Assembly (NCBI GenBank): GCA_964035545.1
Contig: OZ037769.1
Span: 1,550,001-1,614,000 of the forward strand
Reading direction: 5' to 3'
DNA: 64,000 bases
Source of the DNA: Bugula neritina
Taxonomy: Eukaryota > Animalia > Bryozoa
Of the stretch, positions 51,601 through 64,000 are shown piece after piece (the first letter of the stretch is position 1; each line of letters starts with the position of its first letter). A program made the translations under genes and the position numbers. Below the pieces are notes generated by a model. That model saw only the letters and a program-made list of their open reading frames with translations, made no database searches and was not told the origin of the DNA.

Positions 51601-54600
51601 ATACACAGGGGGGATAACTACACATATACAGAGGGGATAACTACAAACAGGGGGATAATCACACACAGGGAGGTAATTACACATACACAGGGGGGATAAC
51701 TACACATACACAGTGGGAATAACTATGCATATATAGGGGAGATAACTATGCAGATATAGGGAAGGTAACTACAAGCTGAATAAACAATGTTCCCAGTTAT
51801 TGCATAGACTAGAGAGACTGATATTAGCAGTGGGGTTGTGTGAAACTCACTGCTAATAGCAATGAATAAAAGAAAATACCTGAATTGCTACGTTTCTGTT
51901 TGCAGTCTTTCGTCTGGTTGGCTCGACTTTAATTGCTGTCGGAGCCGAGAAGATAATTTTGGTGTTCTTTGAGTTTGCCTTGTAGTCAAGGATATTCAGA
52001 CTGCAGCAAATTTACAGCATATGCAGTGACTAAAGACTTTAATGACTAGAAACTACGAAACTGCAATAAAAATGTTGGTTTAATAACCAATTTTTTTGCT
52101 TTACCATGAAAATAAATTTACAGTTTGCTCATTTACACTTATTTACACTGGCAGCTGAAACAGTCACCCATTCAATCCAACACAAATGCTGCCCAGCTCA
52201 AATATTCACTCAAATGAAAGGAGTTACCTCACCTCGGATATTTCTCTGTAAGCGTCTTGCCGAGTTCAACAAGACGCTTACATCTGAGTCGAGTCACGTC
52301 TGCTGAGTCTATTCTCAAGTTTTGAATTAAATCTAAAAAATTGTAACAAAACACTTTGAAAAAATCATTTCAGAGCTTCAGCCTACTAAAAATTATCTCC
52401 AAGTTTTGAATCTTCACAAATTAAACTTTTCCTTCAATGTTTTCTAAATTAAACAATTTTTATGATTAATATGTATAAATTTTGAGAACAAAATTTAAAA
52501 AAATTTAATTCTTACTAAAATCCAATTTTTCGTGACCCTCGCTGAGGGGCAGGAAACACCTCAGCTCCACGTCTTCCGGAAGGGGACATAACTCCCACTT
52601 TGACAGATCAAAAGTGTTGGCATCCTTGCAGTGACTTTGTATAGCATTCAGTAACTTAGCTAGACTCAACCAACACCTGAATGCATGTAACAAGAGTAGC
52701 GGAGAGTGAGAAGGATCACAAGATAGGTATGAGCAAGAATAGAGTAGTTGGTGGAACACTAGTTCGAGGTACTCGAATCTAACTCGGTGAATCTACACAA
52801 CACTATGAGCGAGATCTATATAGCAGAGTTCAAGTGAAACGTATTATAAGTGGTATGTGGCAGCATTCACTTTGGTTATTGTGATGAAAAAAGCCGAACG
52901 ATTTTCCTCGATAAATTGAATAATAAGTGACTTCAAGTTCAAAACTATCAAATCAAACCAAATCTTATAAACATTTTCTAATATAAACTAGTTTTTCTAT
53001 AACATAACTAAGTGACAAAACATAATATTAGCTGCAATGATTATTATTCTACACAGTGCCCCCCCCCCCTAAGTATCCTTTCAACTCCCCCTAGGGGTTC
53101 TAGTGCCCCATGTCTATGCTTTGTATTATAATATTAATAAGACACAGTAAACTGATACACCATATAATATAACTTATAAGTGCAAGGACAGACCTGTGAT
53201 TCTTCAGGACGCCATTCGACAAGTAGCCTTCTCTGTAGATCAGCCAGTCAAGAATGACCTTGACATTTGACAAGGTCGCGTGCTCTCTCACATTATACTT
53301 CTGCGCTTGAGTGGTCATGGCCTCCAGTATTCCAGCTGCATCATGGCAAATTATTTACAGAAACATACCGGGTTGTTGGTCAACAAAATATAGAAAGTGT
53401 TTTTAACATTTTCTGTAGGAAGGTCAAGGTAAAGTGATGTTATGTAAGACCACATGGCATAGTTTAGAGAAGAATAAAACATGACCAAAAGTTATGAATA
53501 GTCAGTACTTAATCTACATTAGTAGAGGAAGTCCACATCTCTATCACACATACTCTATGATACAGTGTAGTGGATCTCAAGCCTTCTAGTAGCATCAACA
53601 TTACCAGGTAACAGAATATCTGCGAGTCTAACCAGTCAAACATGAACACAGTTATACCATGTTGCATACGACAACTTAATTTGAAAGTTGTCGACCTTCT
53701 ACAGCTGATAATTTATCTAGTTGGCCAGAAAAGAACAATGAAACATCTCCAAACGCAGCTCCTAGCTCTCTACACATCCTCCATTCCATCTTATAAGTAC
53801 TACATACTCACCAATGAATGTAACAACCACATCCCGGAAATGTCTTTCATCTTCTGTGAGAGAGTCATCTCCCCCAGTATCGTCAATGTGAGACAAGGTA
53901 AATATGCTGATTACTACCATGTGGTACATGTTCTGTGCAGTAAGTAGGGAGAAGATGGTGGGAGAGGAAACACACCTACACAGTAACTCTGATATCTTGC
54001 TCGCCTTCTCCTTGTCTACAATAGTGTGTATTACAATAAGCTGTAGATCTCAATGTATGCTTTGCTATCTATGATACACTCTGTCTATATATAGGGTGAC
54101 ACAGCACCAAGGTTCCCTCTAGAGAAAGACAAACATTTCCCCTCCCCTCTGCCAAATAACTGAGACTGTAACATCAGATGTAAATCCTCCAATAGTATAG
54201 AAAAGAAGAGAATGCCTTTTATTGGTCATTAAACTAAGTCCATTAGTCTATACAGTCCGCAGTCAGTATCTAACAGCTCTTGTACAGCTTAAAGAAGAGG
54301 GAGGCATGCGTGCAGCCAGTAAAAATGCCACAGTTGAAAGAAATTGGCAAGATAACAACTCCTTCCTAAGTTGTATCATGTACAATGTGTAACATCAGCT
54401 CCACGATACAACATGCAATGCATTTTCACTCACAACTCCCCCCACTAACACCTGCCCTGGGGAGAACCTCAGAGCACTAACAGCAGTCGTAGGAATGGAG
54501 TGCAACCAGATAACTATGGTGTAATGAACAGGTTGGCAGGTTTGGTAAGAAAACATACCTGTCTCCAGGTGAACCAGAGACTGGAGGTAGATGAATGCAG

Positions 54601-57048
54601 TGATGACCTCCGTGTGGGTCCACTTGTTCTTGGAGATGAAGCTGTGAAGACAAGAATGTGTATATATGTAGTCTGTGTGCGTATAGCTTTACATTTATTG
54701 CTATTAAATATCTATAATGAAAATGAAGCAAATAGAAAAATAAAATCAATGGAATAATTTTAAAATGCTGTCAATTAATTCATAAAATTTGCAGACTACT
54801 CTCAACTACTAACTAAGACTACTCTCAACTACTAACTAAGACTACTCTCCACTACTAACTAAGACTACTCTCCACTACTAACTAAGACTACTCTCAACTA
54901 CTAACTAAGACCACTCTCTACTACTAACTTGGTATTCTCGCACTCCTTGACCTGCTTGGAGTAAAGTTTCTCCAAGTTTGTCGGTGCCACAGGAAACGGA
55001 GAGCGAACCGCGATGCTTCGGATATAGTAATACGCGATTGCCAACTTGTTTGACCTTGAAGAGCAGAGTATCGCCAGCTGGTTGTAAGGTTGACCTGAGT
55101 GACAGGGAAACTCAGTTATAAGATATGACAAGCATTGGTTAGGCTGGTCTAATTTACCTTTCTTAGCTACACATTATTTGAGCAAAGTCTATCATTCAAA
55201 TAGGACAAGAATTTATAAAGAAAATTTTGTGAAACGTGTATTTGTAGAATGTTTACATGAAATCAGTTGATACCTAATTTGCTAAGCCCAGTCTATCATG
55301 CGCGCACACACACAACATAGACACACACACACACACACACAACATGCACACACACAACATAGACACACACAACATGCACACACACAACATAGACACACAC
55401 ACAACATGGACACACACAACATGCGCACAGTGTTATAACTCTCTTACCATTGGATGGCACGTATCTAGCTGCAAGGTTGTAGAAGTTCTCAGCCAATGAA
55501 ATCTTTGGCAAATAGCGAGCTAAAAACAGAGTAGATAAAACAAAGTAGATAAATCAGGCATAAATCTTTCCCCACAAATTAATACTGTAGAATAAGATGT
55601 TCATAAAACCCAGTGAACCGAACTTACCGATATCACCCAAATGAACGAGACAATACTGACATATGTACATGCTGGACGTTCTGCTGGGGGTTCTAGACTG
55701 AGATCTCTTGCTCTGCTCAGATCGGCCTGAAATCAACAGACAAATAAAAGCAGACAACTCCGGATAGAGCACACAACTCCCTCCCCATAAACATTGTATT
55801 CAATTGCTAACCTTGGATGATTCCAAATGATGAGTGTTTTCTCCTGAAGTGAGGGTGGAGGTGGAACGTCTCGCAGATGTCTTCCAGTAACTGCAACACA
55901 AGAAAACTTTTTACACCAGAAAGCTGGGAATGATCAAATCTATCCTACAGGGAATAACTTATAGTAGAAGCTACTAATGATTTCTAGCATGAAGCATTAC
56001 TGTTTAGTTACTATGCATAGTGTATACACACCATGCTCTTTACAGAGCCTTACATTGCAAACCATAAACGAATTAAATAGGTTCCAAGTTGTCCAAAAGA
56101 CAAATATAACTACTATGAGAATATTTTTGCTAAAATAAACATGTTTACAGAAGTTTTGTATTTATACACAAATTAAAGTACATGTAATAAATTATTGTCT
56201 ACAAGCAAAATGTTTGCATAAAAATAACGGAAACAAAACTACCGGTACTGAAAATACCTGGATGTAGAAACCGAGGGCATTCTCCAGGAAGAGATTGTAG
56301 TCAGCTTGAATCTCGGCTCGCTTTGTGTTTGACGACTTCACTTGCCTCGCTTGTTGAAACGAAGTTATTTGAGCTTTAAACGCAAAGTTCCACCTAGATA
56401 TGATATTATGTGGACACGCATGATATTATAGACAAAGGTGATATTATATAGCAATTATAGATTTTTTAAAACATTTCATTGAAAGTTTGATACTTCACTC
56501 ATGATTTATGATTAAAAGGTTGTGAACATCTTTTGTTGAACGATACTTTGACCTACAGTGAGGTTAGTTTAGTTGTGCAAAAATTTGAGATTAACTTTAC
56601 GACTAAACACAGCAGTCCATTATAAATTATAAGCAAAATTTAACACAATTTCTCCAGGAGAAATCAACAGTTTGGATGAAATTGATAGAAACTGTGCATA
56701 TAATCTGGTAACCAAGCACTTACAAATCTGTTTCTATTTTCATATCTAGAGCTGCTTCCAGGTTGTTGAGCAGAACGTTGCGACATAACGTCTGCAGTCT
56801 TTGTCTTAGCAGCATAAACTCCGGTTTAAGCAGCTGTTCGTGAGAGTCATTATTAGCCGAGTCAGCATTGTCCGACGACGAAATATTCGACAGATGGTTC
56901 TTGATATCACTGATGTCTCTATTAACACACCAGTTGTCATATTAGCTACTGTATCTCTAGACATCATGTGACATTAGCAGATATAATTCAGCACTTTCAA
57001 ATGTTTGGAAAATCATACTAACCTGAAACTATCAGCTGTAGGCACCAT
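48611..57048 (-). CDS. SMG7: Nonsense-mediated decay factor SMG7 (multi-exon)
   Basis: RQRLQTLCRNVLLNNLEAALDMKIETDL|WNFAFKAQIT, LFLENALGFYIQ|LLEDIC, YICQYCLVHLGDI|ARY, VPSN|GQPYNQLAIL, RSIAVRSPFPVAPTNL, PLPEDVELRCFLPL, YSLF, C-terminal SALAQLLEEQQKR; start MVPTADSFR at 57048. Confidence 0.93.
48927..49297. repeat. 15-bp minisatellite (acacacactacacYt)
   Basis: About 24 copies in the last SMG7 intron, adjacent to the donor. Confidence 0.95.
49480..49728. repeat. ~28-30-bp minisatellite (tagcacatgtttctgcttgtcactctca)
   Basis: About 8 degenerate copies. Confidence 0.85.
50515..50727. repeat. 21-bp minisatellite (gtaacatataagcatcactta)
   Basis: About 10 copies. Confidence 0.9.
51330..51775. 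repeat. ~20-24-bp minisatellite with higher-order structure (acagggggataactacacat)
   Basis: About 20 copies next to an SMG7 acceptor. Confidence 0.9.
54793..54928. repeat. 23-bp minisatellite (agactactctcaactactaacta) overlapping an SMG7 donor
   Basis: About 6 copies. Confidence 0.9.
55303..55428. repeat. CA-rich degenerate repeat
   Basis: acacacacaacatagacacacac units. Confidence 0.85.
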
Positions 57049-57284
57049 TTTATCCGCACACAATTCTAAAACAAGCACTCTATTTTCAGTACCAACTAGA
57101 TCCTACAGTCTGCAACAAACCCAAATCTTTAATTTAGCCATTATTTGAAAAACGCTATAATAGATCTTGAAGCACACAAGTAGAATTCAGTTTTTACACA
57201 TCATTAATAATATCGATATTCGATATCATAATCACTAAATTTAAAGATTAATTTTAAACGACAAATTTAATAATTATCAGCATG

Positions 57285-57628
57285 ATATTCAGTTTCACTC
57301 ATTCACTGACACTATCACTATGGGCGAACTATACTTATATGAATATCGGATTACTATTAGTATTATAATTAGTATTACTATTGGTATTAGAAATCACTTA
57401 AAATGCTAACACTAGGCCTAGCGGTAGCAGTGGCAGTAGCTTTAGCCGACTTACTACTTACTACCTAGGCTTCAAGTCTAAGTGATATCGAAATTTACTA
57501 ACTCTAAATCACTTAGTAACTTACAGTGAAGGTGACTGTTATTCAGTGTCATTGACTTTGTCATCGTGAGTTCACTCTTAAAGTTAAAGTTAAAGTTAAA
57601 CTTAAAGTTAAACTTAAAGCTCAAAGTT
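57285..57628. repeat. Degenerate 6-nt-periodic tract in the SMG7 5' region
   Basis: ttcactcattcactgacactatcacta; ttactattagtattataattagtattacta; ttaaagttaaagttaaagttaaacttaaagttaaacttaaag. Confidence 0.8.
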
Positions 57629-58020
57629 TTTGCTGAATGATATTTGGTGAGCAAACATTTATTTAAAATAATTAGGCAAGTAGACAAAATAGCCCGTTAC
57701 GTTTAAGCAATAGTACAATTATAGCAACAGCTACATACCCTGTATTGTTTATGAGGTCACGAAAAAAGTTGAAAGTAAAATAAAAATCACAACTTTATCG
57801 TCTTTTCGATTTTTGTGACAAAATGAAATAATGGAACGTACAAAAATTACTCTTAAAATTTACATAAGTTAATAAAAAAAATATTTTTTGTTAAAAAAAA
57901 ATTATTTATAAAAATATAAAAAAATTAACATATAATTTTAAAAAAAATTTTAACAACATCTTTGCCTTTTTAAGATTATAAATAAATTTTGGAAACGAGA
58001 CGTTGCTAGTGTCTACAAAG

Positions 58021-61000
58021 ATGGAGAATTACGAGGTCTGGTTCCCACATTGTGGTTTTTATATCTTCACGTTTTTATACGTGTGGTGGAAATTTTTAGT
58101 CTTTTTAAAAGAGAATGGGATATTAGATACTTTTAATATATAAAGTTGCAAACAAAGCTTCACTAGTAAATCAATATAAGAACAAACTGATTCCAAAAGC
58201 AGACACTTTCACACCCATATACTTTCACATAGGTTGAAGTTATGTGCTTGTATAATTTCATTTATTAATACATAAATTATATCTTATTTTTATAGGTTGT
58301 TAGCAAATTAGGCCGGGGAGCTCAAGGATCTGTGTTTATTGTAAAAAGACTAGATGATGGAAAGCAATACATTCTCAAAAAGGTAAATCGTATTTCGTCA
58401 TGTGTGTGCTATAATTATATAAACTCTAGTTATTGAAACAATGCCATCTATTTTGAAAATAATGAACAATATAATTCCTAAATAATCAATTGGTTGCGCT
58501 CAGTCTGAAGTAATTTGATTGGTTTGTATCAAGTTAAACATGTTTAAGTATCGAGTTAGATAATTAAACGTTAGGCTCTCTGCTTTACAAACAGTTACTC
58601 TAATTTCTAAAGCACAACTTTTAAATTAAACATCTTTAATTTCAATTTTTTTAATACTTTGGGCAACATATTATTTATCAACATTTTAGGTTGAGTGTAA
58701 CGATGAGGCAGAAGCTAACAAGGCATTCCAAGAGGTAAGCTTCTTACTTTTGGAAGAGTAAAAATTTAGGTCGAGTTTAAATAGTTGCTTGGTTTGTTAC
58801 AAAAATATTTTGACAACTTGCAATTTTGGCTTCTGTTAGGCAATGGCTCTGCAAGAATTGCAGCATCGATTCATTTGTGGCTATAAGGAATTCTTCGTTA
58901 TGTGGGATGAAGAAGTAGCCACCATGTTTGTTTGCATTGTAATGGAATATTATAAGAATGGAGATTTAGACAATGTGTTGAAGCGTAGAAGAGTTTCACA
59001 GCAGCCTATTGAGGAACTAGTAAGTGAAATGTTTACCAGCATCTTACTTCCTGTATAGTTTTCAAAATTATGTTCTAAATTTATAATTCTGCCATATTTT
59101 TACTATTTTGTGTAAAAATTTGGTGATAAAGTTTTCATGCTAAATCAACCTTCATTGTTGTAACTTATTAGTATAATTTAGGCTTTTATTTTGATTTTTC
59201 AAAGTTGTATTGTATAAAAGGTTAATTTTATTACTCCAAAAATTACTTTTAGCTTAAATTTAGCAGAAAATAAGTAGATTATGAAGTTTGTAGCATATAT
59301 ATGTTCTATTTTTGTATTTTGATATATTATTTAGAGACTTGAACCACTAATTTAACAAAAATATTTTTATGTAATTTCTAGTGTGTGTCATGTTATTGTA
59401 GTGATTCCAGTTTATATATCATGTAGATACTCAAGAAGTGGCTGGGACAAATCATAGAGGCATTGGTTTTTGTTCATCAGAAGCAAATAATTCACAGGTA
59501 AGTTTTGTTTACTGAAAACAGTTGAACTAACATTGAGCTCTCCAAGTTAGGACAAGTTTTTATTATAAGTGTTTGTTGTATTAATTATCAGTAAATACGT
59601 GAATAATCCTTACTATGGTTAATTTACCAAGTATATCTTATAGTACTTATCAACACAAACTCAAATATTATATATTTTTGATTTCAATAGAGACCTAAAA
59701 CCCAGCAACATATTTATGAAGGAAGACTTAAGTATTTCAATTGGAGACTTTGGTGTAGCTACTATAATGGGGGACACCAGAACTAAGACCCGCACTGTAA
59801 TTGGTTAGTTTTTTCGAACCCAAGCTATATATTTTCACTTCAAAATATTATGCTTTGCACAGCTATCTCGCTGTTGTTTGTATTTGTTGGTTTATTTTTT
59901 TATTGTGTAACTTCTTTATTATTTATTATTGCTTGTCATTTTAACTATTAGTTGATGGTATATTTTAGAGCTCATAGGTGAGTATATTGATTTTGATTTT
60001 TGTATCCCTTTGCAGGTAGCTATAGTGAAGTTTCTATTAAAAATATATATAATCACAATTTTGCGAAATATAAAGTGCTTTCACTTGCAAAAAATCACAA
60101 ATATGATTTTCTTACAGAAAATTTGAGTCAAGTTGAGCTCAGTTTCTTATTTTGAATGACTTGATGACTCTTCAGATTTTATTTCACTTGTGAGTAGAAT
60201 GTAGTCCTAGCCTATAGTACAGCACTGAGTGTTTAAACTAGACACTCTAGTATTAGTATTGCTTGTATTCTATTTTGCCGAGGAATTTTTTTGTTTGTCA
60301 CGTATATTGCACACATCAACTAAAATAAGTTTGATTATTATGTCTTATTCATTGTCTGCTTAAATATTGTTTCTATTTAGCAGAGTGCAACTTTATATGA
60401 TGATTTCTTGAATAGTTGAATAAAAAAGATTTTTAGGAAAAATTAGTAATGTTTACTCTCTCTTAATGGAAAGATATTTTTTCTAGATTATTCATTTTTT
60501 ATTTGATCTAAAAATATTTAGGGCGTTCAAATTGTTTTAATGACAATCAAGTAATATTAATAAAAAGTTACTAATATAATAAACTCCATACCTACTAAAG
60601 AATTTTTTGCTAGCTTGAGTGAGCAACTGTACGTGTATATATAATAACTCATAGGTTCTCTAAACTGGCTGGCTCCGGAGGTAACTGACCGGCCGTACGA
60701 CGAGAGATCGGACATCTGGTCTGTCGGTTGCATCACCTTGGAGATGGCCACCTGCGGAATCTATGATAGAATTCAAATGGGCGACCAACTCTGTAAGATT
60801 AAGAAAAGCTCAAAAGACCTTGATGAATCTCTGGAAGAAATTCAGAAGGTCAACAACCAGTATAATTGAATACGCTGATAAAGTCTACTGGGTTGCTATA
60901 CTACATGTAGGAAATTGCAGGATGTAGTCTAATGGCACACAGTGTGTAGACTCAGGTCCCAAACCCTAGCAGGGTCACTGGTGATGTCAGAGAAAGTTTA

Positions 61001-63934
61001 TTATTGCCTCTGTCTCAATCTATCAACATACAACTACATATGTTGATATGCGGAGCATATTATGACTAAAACATATTTTGTGGTTCAGTTTTGAATAAAA
61101 ATTTGCACTAGAAACTTTGATGAATTTAATTTAGTTTATTTATCTCTCTCATAAATTGTACCTACTGTATGACAAAATCATAGTAATCTACTTATATTTT
61201 ACCTGACCTAAATGTCAATTAGGTTTTGATAAAATGGTAAAATATGTTTAGACCCCAGTCTACCTAGGCTCTGAGTGGTACACGTACATGATGTATATTG
61301 TATGTTCACTTATAGATGACATAAATTTCAGACGTATATATTATGCAGGTGTACATAATGCGCAGGCGTATATATTATGCAGACGTATATCCTATGCAGA
61401 CGTATATTTTATGCAGACGTTTATCTTATGCAGATGTACTCCTCAGAGCTGTGTGATGTCATCAGACGTATGCTCAGTCTAGACGTGGAGGAGAGACCCA
61501 CAGCGATAGAGTTGGTAGACATGCCTTACGTACGAGAAAGTCTCTCCATCAGTGCATCTCCACTCGTCAACTTCAAAAAGGCTGACCTCACAGATATTAG
61601 GAAAAGTATGTTTATCTTTTGTTAGACAAATAATTTACATATTGAGTATGGAGTTGTGTTCTTCATGTTTTTTTATATATATAATATCAATCAAAGTCAA
61701 GATGGGGGCCCATGTGCTCAGTAGCATAGCTATTCAAGGAGCGGGGCCCAAGTGGCAGTTGAAAAAATAGTGGGAACTATTTATTCAGATTAAGTTAAAG
61801 ATTTTAGTAGGTGCTTTTTCAACAATATTTTAAATGTGGCAAAGCTTTGATGATGTCTTAAAGTCAGAGGTAGCTTATTCCAATTGCTAGACATCTGGTA
61901 GGACACTTGACGACCTGCTGCGGAGGTAGAGAGAGGTAAGGGTAAGGAAAGTTCAGAATGTCTGGTGAGGTAAGTTGGTGGTTGTTTGGTGTGAGATGGA
62001 GTATAATAAGCTGAATGACCAAGAAGACATAGGCGGTAGATATACAAGAGATCAATAGGAAGAATTTCTGCTTTGATAAATAGAGGTGACGTGTGTTCAG
62101 TAGGTGATTTGTGGAAAATAATGCGAATAATGCGTTTTTGAATTAAAAGCAACTTGTTCAAGTGGGTTTTAGGGGCATTTCCCCAGGCTTCTAAGCAATA
62201 TGTAAGTTTGCTGTTTATCAGACTGTCATATAATAAAATCAAAGCTTTGTATGGTAAAAACTTTGAAGCTAAGTATATCATACCAGTTACTTTGTTTAAA
62301 GAAGTTTGCAGAATATCATTAGAAAACTATACTGCAGGTTTTTGTTACTTCTAATATTAGTTATTTCATTCAGACTTGAAACACAGCAGAAAAGAAAGTA
62401 GAACACTTATAAATGCTTTCATTAGCTTAAAATTTTTAATTTAAGAAAACCTCAAGTTTTAATCACATACTTCAGTGAATCATTTAGTGGCACTTTTTAT
62501 TGCACCACTTAACAGTGTACTATGTGAACACTCGGCAGCATAATTCATACGCTGACTCTAATGTACCTGATGTTCTTCCGTATTAGACCCTCTACCAAAA
62601 GACAAAGGATGTGCAGGTGTCTTGGAATATATAGAAAGTAACTTTCAAAGTGAAAATTGTGTAAGAGAAGCATTGAGTCATCTTGAAGAGATGTCAAGGT
62701 CAACTGCTAAGAGCTCGGTAGGTCCTATCCTATCGAGAAAACTCTGTAAGCATATAGTACTCTGTAAGCATGCATACAGAACAATGTACTTTTGTTTATT
62801 CAGATTGGAAATGACGCAAAGAGACTGATAGTCAAGTCTATGAGAAACCACAGGAAGAGTGAAATGGTGCAGATTCTAGGTTGTAAAGTTCTGAATAATC
62901 TGATAGTTGGTGGTAAGTTAACACAGCTGACATTAAATAGAACAGCCATCAATTTGTTGTGCAAATTCCTTGTCATTCTGCCATCATTCAATTTTGGATT
63001 AAAGAATTTTAGTGTTGGTGAACCAACTATGCAATTTACAAAAAAAAATGTAGGCTATTTGATAAACAATTTTTTGCAGCTGCAAATACCTTCAAGTTAT
63101 ACATCGTACTTACTTTCTAGTTACATAGTTCTATTCATTACTTATATTTCCAGTATAATTCTTATAGAACCCCATCACAACTATTTGAAGTGGTTCCTAC
63201 ATAAAGGTTTCTAGCTAATTTCTGTTTAGTTATATTTCTGTTTATTACAGCTTTAGTTCAATTTTTTGTGTTCATATTCTGATTTATATAAATATTTTAT
63301 TAACTGTGGGAATTAAACAGTCTATAGTAACTAGTATCAATTTCAGGCCAACACAAATCCATCATGGCAGGTAATAAATGATATTCCAGTGAATATTTCC
63401 ATATAACTTGTACAGATGTGTGGTAAGACCTTGGTGTGTGGTAACACCATGGTGTGTGGTAACACCTTGGTGTGTGGTAACACCATGGTGTGTGGTAACA
63501 CTATGGTGTGTGGTAACACCTTGGTGTGTGGTAACACCTTGGTGTGTGGTAAGACCTTGGTGTGTGGTAACACCATGGTGTGTGGTAACACAATACTGCT
63601 AGCAATCTCACATACTGAATGATAATTACTCAAGCACAAACTTGCTCTGATATAGTAAAATAACCAACTCTTCAACTTTGAAAAAGTGTTTGTTTGTTTT
63701 CATACCTCTAACATAGTTGCGTGTTCCCCTGTAACTCCTACTTGCCTATAATAATAATTTCATGTTAGCCCAACCTAAAATCTTAGTGAATAATTGGTTT
63801 TTCAGCTGCTGACAGTGATATGCTGTTCTCCCGAGAGGTCATTGGTATTGTACTTCTAGCAATGAGGTCTCACCCAAACTCTACTGACCTGCTGTTGTCT
63901 GCCGTCACCTTGCTCATTGCTCTCTCGTCAGACG
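58021..63934 (+). CDS. STKLD1: STKLD1/SgK071-like Ser/Thr kinase with ARM-like C-terminal repeats; at least 11 exons, incomplete at the right edge
   Basis: MENYE|VVSKLGRGAQGSV..ILKK|VECNDEAEANKAFQE|AMALQELQH..YKEFFVMWDEEVATMFVCIVMEY..HR|DLKPSNIF..GDFG..WLAPE..SDIWSVGCI, followed by helical repeats (KSMRNH..VQILGCKVLNNL; AMRSHP). Matches remembered human STKLD1 blocks (IKQVECMDD, YQELFITW..LYLCLVMEF). Confidence 0.85.
61325..61433. repeat. 17-bp tandem repeat containing seven CAG acceptor-like sites
   Basis: AG ends at 61331, 61348, 61365, 61382, 61399, 61416, 61433. Confidence 0.85.
61665..62300 (-). mobile_element. 5'-truncated LINE (L2/Crack/CR1-group) 3' fragment with ORF2 C-terminus, 3'-UTR stem-loop and A-rich tail
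   Basis: LYDSLINSKLTYCLEAWG..LQ/IQKRIIRII..HTSPLF..WNKLP..FKILLKKHL are typical post-RT ORF2 motifs; hairpin gggccc...gggccc at 61706-61749. Confidence 0.88.
63416..63592. repeat. 18-bp minisatellite (tgtgtggtaacaccWtgg)
   Basis: About 10 copies. Confidence 0.95.
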
Positions 63935-64000
63935 GTAAGACTAGCTCATCTGAAGCTCTTCCTGTTGTTAGCTGATCAAAAAGGGAGAGTTTCACTAAGT

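Noticed and set aside
49480-51775. Regularly spaced repeats as a CRISPR-like array
   Set aside because: Head-to-tail minisatellites without unique spacers, eukaryotic context, no cas genes.
60918-61285. Second tRNA-derived SINE
   Set aside because: Only a weak A-box and a short tail-like motif; too degenerate to support.

Overview
AT-rich, intron-containing animal (invertebrate-like) genomic DNA, not prokaryotic. From left to right: the 3' end of an unidentified + strand gene (1-162), then a long, previously unannotated multi-exon orphan gene on the - strand. At least six phase-compatible exons of it can be reconstructed (13230->3108); its 5' end probably lies near 29.3-29.5 kb. Its introns hold a MITE, a 601-bp inverted duplication flanking a candidate ATG exon, and a putative 5.3-kb TTAA-flanked (Kolobok-like) element. 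Next come mitochondrial EF-Tu of the divergent EF-Tu2 type (+), NUP37 (-), and ACBD5-like (+). One ACBD5 intron contains an apparently intact autonomous hAT transposon and a nested antisense 404-aa gene with two scramblase/tubby-like halves. Then SMG7 (-) and an STKLD1/SgK071 orthologue (+) with intact catalytic motifs, running off the right edge and carrying a LINE 3' fragment. The most striking unexplained pattern is a class of degenerate 6-nt-periodic AGT/ACT tracts. They sit in the inferred 5' regions of all four housekeeping genes and at both inner ends of the Kolobok-like element, like a promoter-associated sequence signature. Exon models were derived by eye from GT-AG sites, reading-frame phase and remembered homologue sequences; no database searches were run.
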